Below, one piece after another: positions 55,798 to 64,000 of a DNA stretch of 64,000 bases. Source of the stretch: Octopus sinensis. Its lineage: Eukaryota. Each line of letters begins with the position of its first letter. Within the stretch, counting starts at the first letter, position 1. A model generated the notes under the pieces. It saw only the letters and a list, made by a program, of their open reading frames with translations, ran no database searches and was not told where the DNA came from. A program made the translations under genes and the position numbers. The stretch lies in the NCBI RefSeq assembly GCF_006345805.1, contig NC_043025.1, positions 10,416,001 through 10,480,000 of the forward strand, given 5' to 3'.

Positions 55798-57695
55798 GTA
55801 TATATGTATATATGTATGTATGTATGTATGTATATGTATATACATACATATACAAACTAGTTTCTTAAGAAAATCTACTATTTTTCCAAGTTGGCATTAG
55901 GAAGGGCACCCAGCTGTAAAAATCATGCTGGTGCAGCTCACTGGGTCGTTAGTTCCTGTCAAACTGTCCAACCCATGCCCGCACGTAAAAGGTATGTTAA
56001 ATGATGATGATATGCATGTGTGTTTGTGTGTATAATTCTCTCACATTTCTTCTCTCCAGACGGAAAAAGTTTACCAAAATGGAGCTCGTGAACTAATTTT
56101 CTCCAACGGAACCCGAAAAGAAATGTCTGCAGATGGCAAACACATAGCCCTTCACTTCTTCAACGGTGACATCAAACAGATCACTGCAGATCAAACAGTG
56201 GTGAGTGTGTTTTGAGGGAGTTTGGGGCGTCTTGGGGCTCCATCTGTGGTATTGATTGACAGCTAAGTTGGTGAGAGGATTTATTTGGGATTGAGAATAT
56301 ATATTGAGGTACGCCAGATGCATTGTAGATTACTGTGTGTATGTCTGTGTATGTGTGTTGTGTGTACATGCATGTGTGTTGTACATGTATGTATGTTGTG
56401 TACTCTTTACTCTCTCTTTTACTTGTTTCAGTCATTTTGACTGTGGCCATGCTGGAGCACCGCCTTTTAATCGAGCAACTCGACCCCGGGACTTATTCTT
56501 TTTTGTAAGCCCAGTACTTATTCTATCGGTCTCTTTTGCCGAACCGCTAAGTGACGGGGACATAAACACACCAGCATCGGTTGTCAAACAGTGCTAGGGG
56601 GACAAACACAGACACACAAACACACACACGCATACATATATACGACGGGCTTCTTTCAGTTTCCGTCTACCAAATCCACTCACAAGGGTTTGGTCGGCCC
56701 GAGGCTATAGTAAAAGACACTTGCCCTAGGTGCCACGCAGTGGGACTGAACCCGGAACCATGTGGTTGGTAAACAAGCTACTTACCACACAGCCACTCCT
56801 CTTTTACTCTTTTACTTGTTTCAGTCATTTTGACTGCAGCCATGCTGGAGCACCGCCTTTTAATCGAGCAGCTCGACCCCGGGACTTATTCTTTTGTAAG
56901 CCCAGTACTTATTCTATCGGTCTCTTTTGCCGAACCGCTAAGTAACAGGGACATAAACACACCAGCAACGGTTGTCAAGCAATGTTGGGGGGACAAACAC
57001 AGACACACAAACACACACACGCATATATATATACATATATACGACGGGCTTGTTTCAGTTTCCATCTACCAAATCCACTCACAAGGCTTTGGTTGGCCCG
57101 AGGCTATAGTAAAAGACACTTGCCCTAGGTGCCACGCAGTGGGACTGAACCCGGAACCATGTGGTCGGTAAGCAAGCTACTTACCACACAGCCACTCCTG
57201 TGTGTGAAGCATTGGCTAAGAGATTAAGAAGCTTGCTTCCCAACGACCTGGTCTCAGGTTCAGTCCTGCTGTGTGGCTAGTATCTTCCACTATAGCACCA
57301 GACTAACAAAATTCTTGTGAATGGATTTGGTAGATGGAAACTGAAAGAAGCCAATCGTGTGTGTTTGTGTATGTATGTGTGTGAGTGTGTGTGACTCCCC
57401 CTCCCACACTGTCTTTCTCACCCTCTCACTCTCACTATCTTTCTCTCATACTCTCTCCCTTCTCTCCCTCTACCACCATCACATTATATCACTCTCTCTC
57501 TCTCTCTCTCTTCCCTACAGATCTACTTCTATGCTGAATCAGAAACTCTGGTGACCACCTACCCTGATGGACTGGAAGTGTTGGAGTTTCCCACGTAAGA
57601 ATCCTCTGTTGTGGAGATGTGCATCCACATGCACATTCTTGTATAGTCACACCCATATACATATGCACTCTTGAATATACATTCACACACATACG

Positions 57696-57757
<62 letters not shown>

Positions 57758-59950
57758 TCATCATCATCATCATCATTTAGCGTCCGTTTTCCATGCTAGC
57801 ATGGGTTGGACGGTTCAACTGGGGTCTGTGAAGCTGGAAGGCTTCATCAGGCCCAGTCAGATCTGGCAGTGTTTCTACGGCTGGATGCCCTTCCTAACGC
57901 CAACCACTCCATGAGTGTAGTGGGTGCTTTTTACGTGCCACCCGCACAGGTGCCAGACAGAGCTGGCAAACGGCCACGAACGGATGGTGCTTTTACGTGT
58001 CACCGGCACGGAGCCAGGCGAGGCTGGCAACGGACACAAACGGATGGTGCTTTTACGTGCCACCAACACGGGGGCCAGACAGAGCTGGCAAACGGCCACG
58101 AAACAGATGGTGCTTTTACGTGTCACCGGCACGGGGGCCAGGCGAGGCTGGCAACGGACACGAACGGATGGTGCTTTTACATGCCACCGACACGGGGGCC
58201 AGACAGGGCTGGCAAACGGCCACAAACGGATGGTGCTTTTACGTGTCACCGGCACGGGGGCCAGGCGAGGCTGGCAACGGACACGAACGGATGGTGCTTT
58301 TACATGTCACCGACATGGGGGCCAGACAGGGCTGGCAAACGGCCACAAACGGATGGTGCTTTTACATGTCACCGACATGGGGGCCAGACAGGGCTGGCAA
58401 ACGGCCATGAACGGATGGTGCTTTTACGTGTCACCGGCACGGGGGCCAGACAGAGCTGGCAAACGGCCACAAACGGATGGTGCTTTTACGTGCCACTGAC
58501 ACGGGGGCCAGACAGGGCTGGCAAATGGCTACGAACGGATGGTGCTTTTATGTGTCACCTGCGCGGGGGCCCTGATGTTGATCGACCTCAATTTGGTTTG
58601 ATTTTGATTTTGACTGTTCTCACTGGTCTTGCCGGGTTTTCTCACGCACAGCATACTTCCAAAGGTCTCGGTCACTGGTCATTTCCTTGGTGAGACCTAA
58701 AGTTCGAAGGTCGTGCTTCACCGCCTCGACCCATATATATATATATATATATATATAAATTAAATTAAATTAGAGATAAAACCACTATTAGGCAAATCAA
58801 ACAGTGAAAAACATAAACCAACCAAAACATAAAAATAAAAATAATTAATATAATATACAAAATATATCTTTATATATAAAAGTGAAGTTGTGTGTCTGTC
58901 TCCTACGATTTAGATTCCTAACTACTCCCACATTTTGCGGTGTAGTTTAACCAAAAGCGGGTATCTTATAGTTGTGATTCATATCGAGCCCATCTGGCTA
59001 TTAGCGCGCGTCTACGATGAGTCTACGATTTAAAAAAAAATTTACCATCATTTATTCCCATTTTTAATGCATTTTTTTGCTATTATATAAGGGAAGTAAC
59101 TCTCTAAAAATGCTTATGTAATTATTTCCCTTACAAACCCGAGCAACACCGGGCGATACTGCTAGTAAAATATAAAATTTAAATTATTTAAATTTAAAAT
59201 TAAAATTATTTATATTTATAAATTTATTTTTATTTTTTATTCATTTATTTTTTATTTTTATTTTTTAATTTTTTATTAAATATAAATAACTATCAAAAAG
59301 TATTAAAAAGTTTAATATAAGATAAAAACACTATGTATGTTTCATGGCCATAACCTAATTCGAATTACAATAATTTGAATATATATATATATATACTTTA
59401 TAAGTAGGGTTCAGCAATGATTTGCTTCACCACATACCGAAGTTTAGAAATAGCAGCCAAAAAATCTTAGCTATTCCTTCTACTTTAAAAGGGACTCCCA
59501 GTAAAATCAAAGTACTTGAAAACTATCCATGCAGGCAAAAGGGAAAAATAACGAAAATCAATCGATATTAGGTTACCCACGTATGCGCTGCCTGTGTGAT
59601 TGTTTACAGGTACTTTGGTTTTTCTGGGAGCCCCTTTTAAAATAGAAGGAATAGCTAAGATTTTTTGACTGCTATTTCTAAACTTCGGTATGTGGTGAAG
59701 CAAATCTCTGCTGAACCCTAATTATAAAGTATTACTTAAGCTTACCATGAAACGGTCCTTTTTTCATGCCGAATTCTACTTGGTGAAATTACTGATTACT
59801 TCTTAATTAATTAATTTTACCCTTTGTTATTATATATATATATATATATATATATCGAGAGAGAGAGATATATACATATATATACTCATACATAGACACA
59901 CGTACACAGAAACATATGCATATACATGCATAAATACATACAGACATATA

Positions 59951-59983
<33 letters not shown>

Positions 59984-60528
59984 ACTGGCACTCCATTTGT
60001 TACAACGACGAGGGTTCCAGTTGATCCCATCAACGGAACAGCCTGCTCGGGAAATTAACATGCAAGTGGTTGAGTACTCCACAGACATGTGTACCCTTAA
60101 CATAGTTCTCAGGGAGATTTACAGATGAAGAAGTGTGCATATAAATATATACATGGTTTATAAGCGAAGTGCGTATATAAATATACATCTGTTGTACCAG
60201 TAATACAAGGGGCCAGCCTTGTCACATTCTGTTTCATGCTGAATTGTACTGAGAACTATGTTATGGATATGCATTCTGTGGTGTACTCAGCCACTTGCAC
60301 GTTAATTCCATGAAAAGGCTGTTCTGTTAATCGGATCAACTTGAATCCTCATCATCATAGGCGCAGGAGTGGCTGTGTGGTAAGTAGCTTGCTAACCAAC
60401 CACATGGTTCCTGGTTCAGTCCCACCTCGTGGCACCTTGGGCAAGTGTCTTCTGCTATAGCCTCGGGCCGACGAAAGCCTTGTGAGTGGATTTGGTAGAT
60501 GGAAACTGAAAGAAGCCCATCGTATATA

Positions 60529-60600
<72 letters not shown>

Positions 60601-62182
60601 CGTAGGAGTGGCTGTGTGGTAAGTAGCTTGCTAACCAACCACATGGTTCCGGGTTCAGTCCCACTGCGTGGCATCATGGGCAAGTGTCTTCTGCTATAGC
60701 CCCGGGCCGACCAATGCCTTGCGAGTGGATTTGATAGACGGAAACTGAAAGAAGCCTGTCATATATATGTGTATGTGTGTCTGTGTTTGTCCCCCCACCA
60801 TTGCTTGACAACCGATGCTGGTGTGTTTACGTCCCCGTCACTTAGCGGTTCGGCAAAAGAGACCGATAGAATAAATACTGGGCTTACAAAGAATAAGTCC
60901 CGGGGTCGATTTGCTTGACTAAAGGCGGTGCTCCAGCATGGCCGCAGTCAAATGACTGAAACACGTAAAAGAGTAAGGAGAGAGTATCCTAACCGACTGA
61001 GTACAAATAAATGTATACATGTTCCCTTTCTTTTAGGGGCCAGATTGAGAAGCACTTCCCAAATGGTACACAGCAGATAACTTTTCCGGATCAAACCGTT
61101 AAATACCTGCAAGAGGACGGCTCCGAAGAAAGTCACTGCCTTGATGGGACCGTGATCAAAGTGGAAGCCAACGGCATACGCACCCTGCATTTCCCCAACG
61201 GTCAACGAGAGATACACACCGACCAGTTTAAGGTATGCAATAATTTACAAAATAATTAACAAAATTAACAAAATAATTAAAGTATGCAATAATTAACAAA
61301 ATAATTAACAAAATTAACAAAATAATTAAGGTATGCAATAATTAACAAAATAATTAACAAAATTAACAAAATAATTAACAAAATTAACAAAATAATTAAC
61401 AAAATTAACAAAATAATTAAGGTATGCAATAATTAACAAAATTAACAAAATAATTAAGGTATGCAATAATTAACAAAATTAACAAAATAATTAAGGTATG
61501 CAATAATTAACAAAATAATTAACAAAAGCCAAAATTATTTTCCCTTACATTCTGAGTTGAAATCCTGCCATTGTCAGCATTGCATTTTATTCCTCACAAA
61601 ATAACATACCATACTAAGCAGAAACATTAGCACGTCAGGCGAAATGCTTAGCAGTATTTCGTCTGTTGTTACGTTGTGAGTTCAAATTCCGCCGAGGTTG
61701 ACTTTGCCTTTCATCCTTTCGGGGTCAATAAATTAAGTACCAGTTACGCACTGGGGTTCGATGTAATCGACTTAATACCTATGTCTGTCCTTGTTTGTCC
61801 CCTCTATGTTTAGCCCCTTGTGGGTAATAAAGAAATAGGTATTGACCAACACCTTGGGTAAGTGTCTTCTGCTATAGCCCCAGGCCGGCCAAAGCCTTGT
61901 GAGTGGATTTGGCAGACGGAAACTGAAAGAAGCCTGTCATATATATGTATATATATATAAGTGTGTGTGTATATGTTTGTGTGTCTGTTTGTCCCCCTAG
62001 CATTGCTTGACAACCGATGCTGGTGTGTTTACGTCCCCGTCTCTTAGCGGTTCGGCAAAAGAGACCGATAGAATAAATACTGGGCTTACAAAGAATAAGT
62101 CCTGGGGTCGATTTGCTCGACTAAAGGAGGTGCTCCAGCATGGCCGCAGTCAAATGACTGAAACAAGTAAAAGAGTAAAGAG

Positions 62183-62215
<33 letters not shown>

Positions 62216-62551
62216 TTATTTCTTTACTACCCACAAGGGGCTAAACACAGAGGGGACAAACAAGGACAGACAAAGGGATTAAGTGGATTATATCGACCCC
62301 AGTGCGTAACTGGTACTTGATTTATCGACCCCGAGAGTAATAATAATAATGATAATGATATTTTTTTTTATCGTCATTTCATTCTTATTTTGTTATTTGT
62401 ACTTTTTCTATTATTCTAACAGAGACGGGAGTACCCAGATGGTACCCGCAAGACCATCTACCCAGACGGACGCCAAGAAACAAAGTTCGCCAATGGACAT
62501 GTACGCATTAAGGACCGCGATGGCAACGTGCTCATGGATAAGAAGCTGTAG
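19238..62551 (+). CDS. CENPJ: Centromere protein J / SAS-4 / CPAP orthologue, 23 coding exons, ~1,767 aa (span includes introns)
   Basis: Spliced translation shows the CPAP PN2-3 motifs ([18 protein letters not shown]; [15 protein letters not shown]), the [22 protein letters not shown] motif, the central coiled coil ([30 protein letters not shown]...MKRKESRW) and the C-terminal TCP10/G-box repeats (..[22 protein letters not shown]). All introns are GT-AG and phase-compatible except for the 2-nt deficit in exon 15. Confidence 0.96.
19845..20255 (-). mobile_element. SINE family A, full length (~410 bp; tRNA-like head, internal (TA/TG)n, 3' gtaaaaga-type tail)
   Basis: Minus strand: aggcgcaggagTGGCTGTGTGG (A box)...GGTTCAGTCCC (B box). 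About 20 whole or partial copies occur in the window. Resembles described Octopus tRNA-derived SINEs; exact family not verified. Confidence 0.88.
20603..22075 (-). mobile_element. SINE family A copy with its ~174-bp head tandemly amplified 7 times
   Basis: Near-identical units start near 20873, 21045, 21220, 21393, 21568, 21737 and 21910. Confidence 0.92.
22178..22396 (+). CDS. CENPJ: CENPJ coding exon 2 (Q-rich coiled coil)
   Basis: aacag|GT GAG...[31 protein letters not shown]...HA-G|gtaatc; phase 1/1; resembles the CPAP N-terminal Q-rich helix. Confidence 0.85.
22400..23180 (-). mobile_element. SINE-like family C: three derived ~176-bp tandem units plus one ordinary copy
   Basis: (cat)n tail + tttaacgtccg..ccatgctagcatgggttgg repeated near 22413, 22590, 22765 and 22940. 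Confidence 0.85.
23410..24315. repeat. (CAA/CTA/CCA) trinucleotide-based minisatellite
   Basis: Direct reading; produces spurious Thr-rich ORFs. Confidence 0.9.
24420..25020. repeat. Polypyrimidine (CT/CCCT/CTTG) low-complexity repeat
   Basis: Direct reading. Confidence 0.9.
25064..25170 (+). CDS. CENPJ: CENPJ coding exon 3
   Basis: ttctttcag|AT GGT...[15 protein letters not shown]...SLHSK|gtctgt; phase 1/0 fits both neighbours. Confidence 0.72.
25353..25733 (+). mobile_element. 5'-truncated RTE-clade LINE 3' fragment
   Basis: ORF end [11 protein letters not shown]...[10 protein letters not shown]...AMMDREVWR, with motifs typical of the RTE C-terminus, followed by a (TGA)n tail. Confidence 0.85.
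25738..25785 (-). ncRNA. Hammerhead ribozyme-like core (probably degenerate in this copy)
   Basis: Minus strand: GACAC CTGATGA A GGCTG-gagtgtatat-CAGCC GAAA CA TGTC. Both core boxes and a 5-bp stem II are intact; helices I and III cannot both form. Confidence 0.5.
25855..26170 (+). mobile_element. SINE family D, 5'-truncated
   Basis: Matches 55246-55618 (ccagaccgggcgttg...gacggagtgc); other pieces near 38080-38620, 43300-43600, 48950-49430 and 59985-60350. Confidence 0.82.
26453..26843 (-). mobile_element. Non-autonomous Helitron with a different 5' module
   Basis: CTAG and hairpin end like 12557; 5' end TCTCTCTCTATATATAAATGGCAG after A; different internal sequence. Confidence 0.82.
27061..27369 (+). 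CDS. CENPJ: CENPJ coding exon 4
   Basis: tactttccag|GAT GAC...[10 protein letters not shown]...LQPIS|gtgagt; phase 0/0. Confidence 0.82.
27484..28041 (-). mobile_element. Dispersed ~560-bp retroelement-like family E with an (AAT)n tail
   Basis: Reverse complement of 30640-31200, with the same two boundaries; partial copies at 30288-30632 and ~48228-48510. Confidence 0.78.
28044..29145. repeat. ~1.1-kb imperfect (ATT)n microsatellite
   Basis: Direct reading. Confidence 0.97.
29420..29471 (+). CDS. CENPJ: CENPJ coding exon 5 (start of PN2-3 region)
   Basis: ttgtttcag|[18 protein letters not shown]|gtgagt; ERPI motif; phase 0/1. Confidence 0.88.
29557..29899 (-). mobile_element. Helitron-like non-autonomous element of a separate family
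   Basis: 5' TCTCTCTATATATAAACGGC after A; 3' CTAG before T, with the inverted repeat ctagcac...gtgctag. Confidence 0.6.
30160..30206 (+). CDS. CENPJ: CENPJ coding exon 6
   Basis: caattccag|GT GTA AAG = (R)[15 protein letters not shown]|gtacgt; phase 1/0; similar to human KQTFEDYLEEQ. Confidence 0.9.
30640..31200 (+). mobile_element. Family E element, full length
   Basis: Reverse complement of 27484-28041; ends ..tctctcactcaataataataat. Confidence 0.78.
31519..31758 (+). CDS. CENPJ: CENPJ coding exon 7 (tubulin-binding FLRRGEG motif)
   Basis: ctttatag|[26 protein letters not shown]...RNKSK|gtaaac; 80 codons with no stop, in a frame missing from the ORF track. Confidence 0.92.
31790..32462 (+). 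mobile_element. Family C element with an internal ~122-bp minisatellite
   Basis: Three or more gtggcacgtaaaagggcacca units, then ggttggcgttaagaaggacatccagctgtagaaac and the tail catgctagcatggaaagtggacgttaaacgatgatg. Confidence 0.78.
32897..33442 (+). CDS. CENPJ: CENPJ coding exon 8
   Basis: ttttccag|[10 protein letters not shown]...NESITNSVE|gtaagt; 182 codons; phase 0/0. Confidence 0.85.
33538..35460. repeat. 48-bp minisatellite (~40 copies), decaying into CA-rich repeats to ~35920
   Basis: Unit cacacacacgcacgcacagatacacacgcattcactcatacatacata (16-aa period in the ORF track). Confidence 0.96.
36272..36388 (+). CDS. CENPJ: CENPJ coding exon 9
   Basis: tttgttag|[39 protein letters not shown]|gtaagt; similar to human [21 protein letters not shown]. 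Confidence 0.92.
37076..37137 (+). CDS. CENPJ: CENPJ coding exon 10
   Basis: ttttatatag|[22 protein letters not shown]|gtattg; phase 0/2 links exons 9 and 11. Confidence 0.78.
38767..39690 (+). mobile_element. SINE family B: one head plus five tandem bodies
   Basis: Bodies restart at gtatttcgtc near 38971, 39148, 39331 and 39515. Confidence 0.88.
39812..41169 (+). CDS. CENPJ: CENPJ coding exon 11 (1,358 nt; S/G/D/E-rich, probably disordered)
   Basis: ttctgcag|G AAT TCA; open frame in non-repeat sequence; donor AAC G|gtgagc; phase 2/1. Confidence 0.85.
41253..41697 (-). mobile_element. SINE family A, full length
   Basis: Same structure as 19845-20255. Confidence 0.88.
41763..42420 (+). mobile_element. 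MITE with GGATC..GATCC TIRs and an 8-bp TSD (ATAAATTG); Merlin-like
   Basis: ATAAATTG at 41755-41762 and 42421-42428; TIRs ggatctttttggtttgaacggcag / ctgccggtcaaaccgaaaagatcc; duplicated right-end module. Confidence 0.85.
42497..42633 (+). CDS. CENPJ: CENPJ coding exon 12
   Basis: tttatttag|TG GTC...[14 protein letters not shown]...TKED|gtaagt; phase 1/0; the KLFP motif is typical of SAS-4 proteins just before the coiled coil. Confidence 0.87.
44343..44913. mobile_element. Palindromic MITE (~115-bp arms, 20-nt loop) interrupted by a Helitron
   Basis: aattgcagcgtggaaggtg...gaccgcgacctg / caggtcgcggtc...caccttccacgctgcaatt. Confidence 0.85.
44520..44834 (+). mobile_element. Non-autonomous Helitron
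   Basis: A|TCTTTATATATAAAA...CTAG|T; the mirror arm of the host MITE shows an empty AT site and no TSD. Confidence 0.9.
45066..45224 (+). CDS. CENPJ: CENPJ coding exon 13 (coiled coil)
   Basis: tcttgcag|EKQSQ...[32 protein letters not shown]|gtgagt. Confidence 0.93.
45340..45750 (+). mobile_element. Family C element with a derived tandem second unit
   Basis: The junction gaggaggtagtgaggtaaatagcacccaatacactcacggaacagctgtag matches 22520-22600 in reverse. Confidence 0.82.
47035..47138 (+). CDS. CENPJ: CENPJ coding exon 14
   Basis: ttccccag|[36 protein letters not shown]|gtacgt; phase 0/2. Confidence 0.93.
48587..48678 (+). CDS. CENPJ: CENPJ coding exon 15 (92 nt as assembled; 94 expected)
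   Basis: ttgaag|A AAT GAG...[18 protein letters not shown]; restoring two A bases gives [13 protein letters not shown]|gtacgt, phase 2/0. Confidence 0.85.
50184..50725 (+). pseudogene. Decayed 28S (LSU) rRNA 5' fragment (5' end, D1 and part of D2) in CENPJ intron 15
   Basis: gaatttaagcatatc..gaggaaaagaaac; gcagcccaaagtgggtggtaa.ctccat..aaggctaaata; gttgaaaagaacttt..gtgaaac..ggtaaacggg. These are conserved LSU blocks with many substitutions; no 5.8S or 18S nearby. Confidence 0.92.
50870..51690. repeat. (CAC/TAC/AAC) trinucleotide-based minisatellite
   Basis: Direct reading. Confidence 0.9.
51738..51914 (+). CDS. CENPJ: CENPJ coding exon 16
   Basis: aacacag|[32 protein letters not shown]...EAMNQ|gtgtgt; similar to human LKRKETKWSSTHSRLR. 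Confidence 0.9.
51945..52253 (+). mobile_element. Non-autonomous Helitron 30 nt downstream of the exon 16 donor
   Basis: A|TCTTTATATATAAAAC...cccgagcaacgttgggcgatactgCTAG|T, inserted in an (ATT)n tract. Confidence 0.9.
52805..52916 (+). CDS. CENPJ: CENPJ coding exon 17
   Basis: tatcttcag|AKKKSIPP...AILEHV-G|gtatgt; phase 0/1. Confidence 0.78.
53409..53613 (+). CDS. CENPJ: CENPJ coding exon 18
   Basis: tcctccag|AG GTT...[15 protein letters not shown]...AAPQ-GA|gtaagg; phase 1/2. Confidence 0.78.
54972..55158 (+). CDS. CENPJ: CENPJ coding exon 19
   Basis: cctttatag|T TTG AGC...[13 protein letters not shown]|gtgaga; start of the TCP10 domain; phase 2/0. Confidence 0.88.
55246..55618 (+). mobile_element. 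SINE family D, near full length
   Basis: Degenerate tRNA-like head (gtggaggtgcaatgg..ttttgattcccagacc) and body ending gacagagtgccac. Confidence 0.78.
56060..56200 (+). CDS. CENPJ: CENPJ coding exon 20 (TCP10/G-box)
   Basis: tctctccag|[47 protein letters not shown]|gtgagt. Confidence 0.95.
57521..57594 (+). CDS. CENPJ: CENPJ coding exon 21 (TCP10/G-box)
   Basis: ttccctacag|[26 protein letters not shown]|gtaaga; phase 0/2. Confidence 0.95.
57765..58575 (-). mobile_element. Family C element with a ~61/62-bp internal minisatellite (~11 units)
   Basis: tggtgcttttac(g/a)tg units from ~57925 to ~58570, adjacent to the family C body and (cat)n tail. Confidence 0.85.
58867..59165 (+). mobile_element. 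Non-autonomous Helitron
   Basis: A|TCTTTATATATAAAAGTG...cccgagcaacaccgggcgatactgCTAG|T. Confidence 0.9.
59396..59729. mobile_element. MITE with ~118-bp TIRs and a TA TSD (Tc1/mariner-type)
   Basis: TA|ctttataagtagggttcagc...aaagtac mirrored by gtacttt...gctgaaccctaattataaag|TA. Confidence 0.78.
60598..60980 (+). mobile_element. SINE family A, full length
   Basis: aggcgtaggagtggctgtgtgg...cacgtaaaagagtaaggag. Confidence 0.88.
61037..61232 (+). CDS. CENPJ: CENPJ coding exon 22 (TCP10/G-box)
   Basis: ttcttttag|G GGC = [10 protein letters not shown]...[12 protein letters not shown]|gtatgc; phase 2/0. Confidence 0.95.
61240..61525. repeat. AT-rich minisatellite (aattaacaaaat / aggtatgcaat units) directly after the exon 22 donor
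   Basis: Direct reading; the units reuse the donor sequence aaggtatgc. Confidence 0.85.
62423..62551 (+). CDS. CENPJ: CENPJ final coding exon 23
   Basis: ttctaacag|[45 protein letters not shown]; matches the CPAP C-terminus. Confidence 0.96.
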   Translation, partial: RREYPDGTRKTIYPDGRQETKFANGHVRIKDRDGNVLMDKKL

Positions 62552-62763
62552 CCCACTAATCCATCTCTCCCCTCACTTCTGGCCTTGCGATTGGCATACA
62601 ATGATCCTTTGCAGCCGACTGAAGCGTAACCGCCATCACCTCCCTCCCTCCCTCTCTGTGGGCAGCAGACTGAGGTTTCTGCTAGCAATGATGTGTGACC
62701 ACTGACAAGTGAAATATAAGTTTGTGTATGTGTGCTTGTGTATACTCATGGATATATATATAC

Positions 62764-62816
<53 letters not shown>

Positions 62817-62820
<4 letters not shown>

Positions 62821-63128
62821 TAGGAAAACCCCACCTTTTATCAATTCAAAATAAATAATTAAATTACACCATCTAGAAAATTACATATAATAGAAAAGTT
62901 AAAATTAAGATAACAATAAAATGTAAAGATTAAGTAAATTGCAAAAAATAATTATAAAAATGTATATATATACATTTTTATTACATTTTTATTATTTTTG
63001 TAATTTATTTAATCTTTACATTTTATTGTTATTTTAATTTTAACTTTTCTTTTATATGTAATTTTCTAGATGGTGTAATTTAATAGTTCATTTTGAATTG
63101 ATAAAAAGTGTTTTTTTTTCCTAATTTT
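62817..63128. repeat. AT-rich imperfect palindrome (~150-bp arms) downstream of the CENPJ stop
   Basis: Centre aaaatgtatatatatacatttt; arms ..atcaattcaaaat..ttacaccatctagaaaattacatataa / ttatatgtaattttctagatggtgtaa..attttgaattgat; (TA)n flanks. Confidence 0.85.
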
Positions 63129-64000
63129 CTATATATATATTATGTGTGTAATTTGATTTAGTATTTCTAAATTGAATTCTTTTTCCTTGTAAATTTGGAT
63201 TTTATTCCCTCAAATAATAATTATATATATATATATACACACACATATATACGTGTGTGTGTGTGTGTGTGTGTGTGTATGGAGAGAGAGAAAAGGAAAG
63301 AAAAAGACATATACACACATTATCGTGCTTCACTGGTCAGAAGTTGTGCATCATTACTAGCAGACATAACACTTCACTGACCACAGAAAGGGAGGGAAGG
63401 TGGGAGATCATTGCAGTCATGCTTCAGTTATTGCAGAGGGCCTTAGGGTACTAGTCAATGATCATACAAGCATTCATGTTTCAAGGTTGATCATGCTTCA
63501 CTTAACACAGTAACCTTACCCTATTTGACCCAGGGGTCATATTTCACTAGGTGCAAAGGTCAAACACATTACAGACTACATTAAATCTCATACTTCTGTG
63601 GACCCTCAAATCATGCATCACACACCTCATGCATAAGTGGACCCACTGCTGTTCACGCTTCACTGAATACACTACTGCTGTCACACAACGCTGAGTACAC
63701 TGCTGTTATGCATTGCTTGGTGACCACACAACTGTCATGCTTCAGTGGAAACACTACCATTTCATGCTTCAGTAACCAATTGACTCTCATTCTCCAGAAA
63801 GTGCTATTCATTTCACGGTCCAGTGAATATTATAGGATTCATGTCTCAATGAACACTCTGAAGAAGCAAATTTTTATGCTCCAGTAAACATACACAGACA
63901 TATATATAAGTCATTAAGTAAACATACATGCTTTAGTGAACAAGCAGATATATATATGTGTGTGTGTGCGTGTGTGTATATGTACAATACATACATACAT

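Noticed and set aside
19238-62551. CENPJ as a pseudogene
   Set aside because: 22 of 23 exons are intact with conserved motifs and splice phases; the only lesions are two single-A losses typical of long-read error.

Overview
Eukaryotic, repeat-dense genomic DNA, almost certainly from an octopus (inferred from its SINE, Helitron and microsatellite content; species not determinable here). One protein-coding gene is on the + strand: a CENPJ/SAS-4/CPAP orthologue. I reconstructed 23 coding exons (19238-62551, about 1,767 aa) with GT-AG introns and consistent phases throughout, except exon 15, which appears to lack two single A bases (probably an assembly error). The rest is non-coding: a 9.1-kb 44-bp satellite, a 48-bp minisatellite, long microsatellites, several tRNA-derived SINE families (many as tandem arrays or inverted pairs), non-autonomous Helitrons, MITEs (one with an 8-bp TSD), an RTE LINE 3' fragment and a decayed 28S rDNA fragment. 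Best leads: (1) a tRNA-headed SINE-like element carrying a hammerhead ribozyme core, split by two nested insertions (25290-26278, minus strand); (2) a 28S rRNA 5' fragment joined directly to a SINE/RTE-type 3' tail (50108-50767). Comparisons with human CENPJ and family names are from memory; no database search was run.
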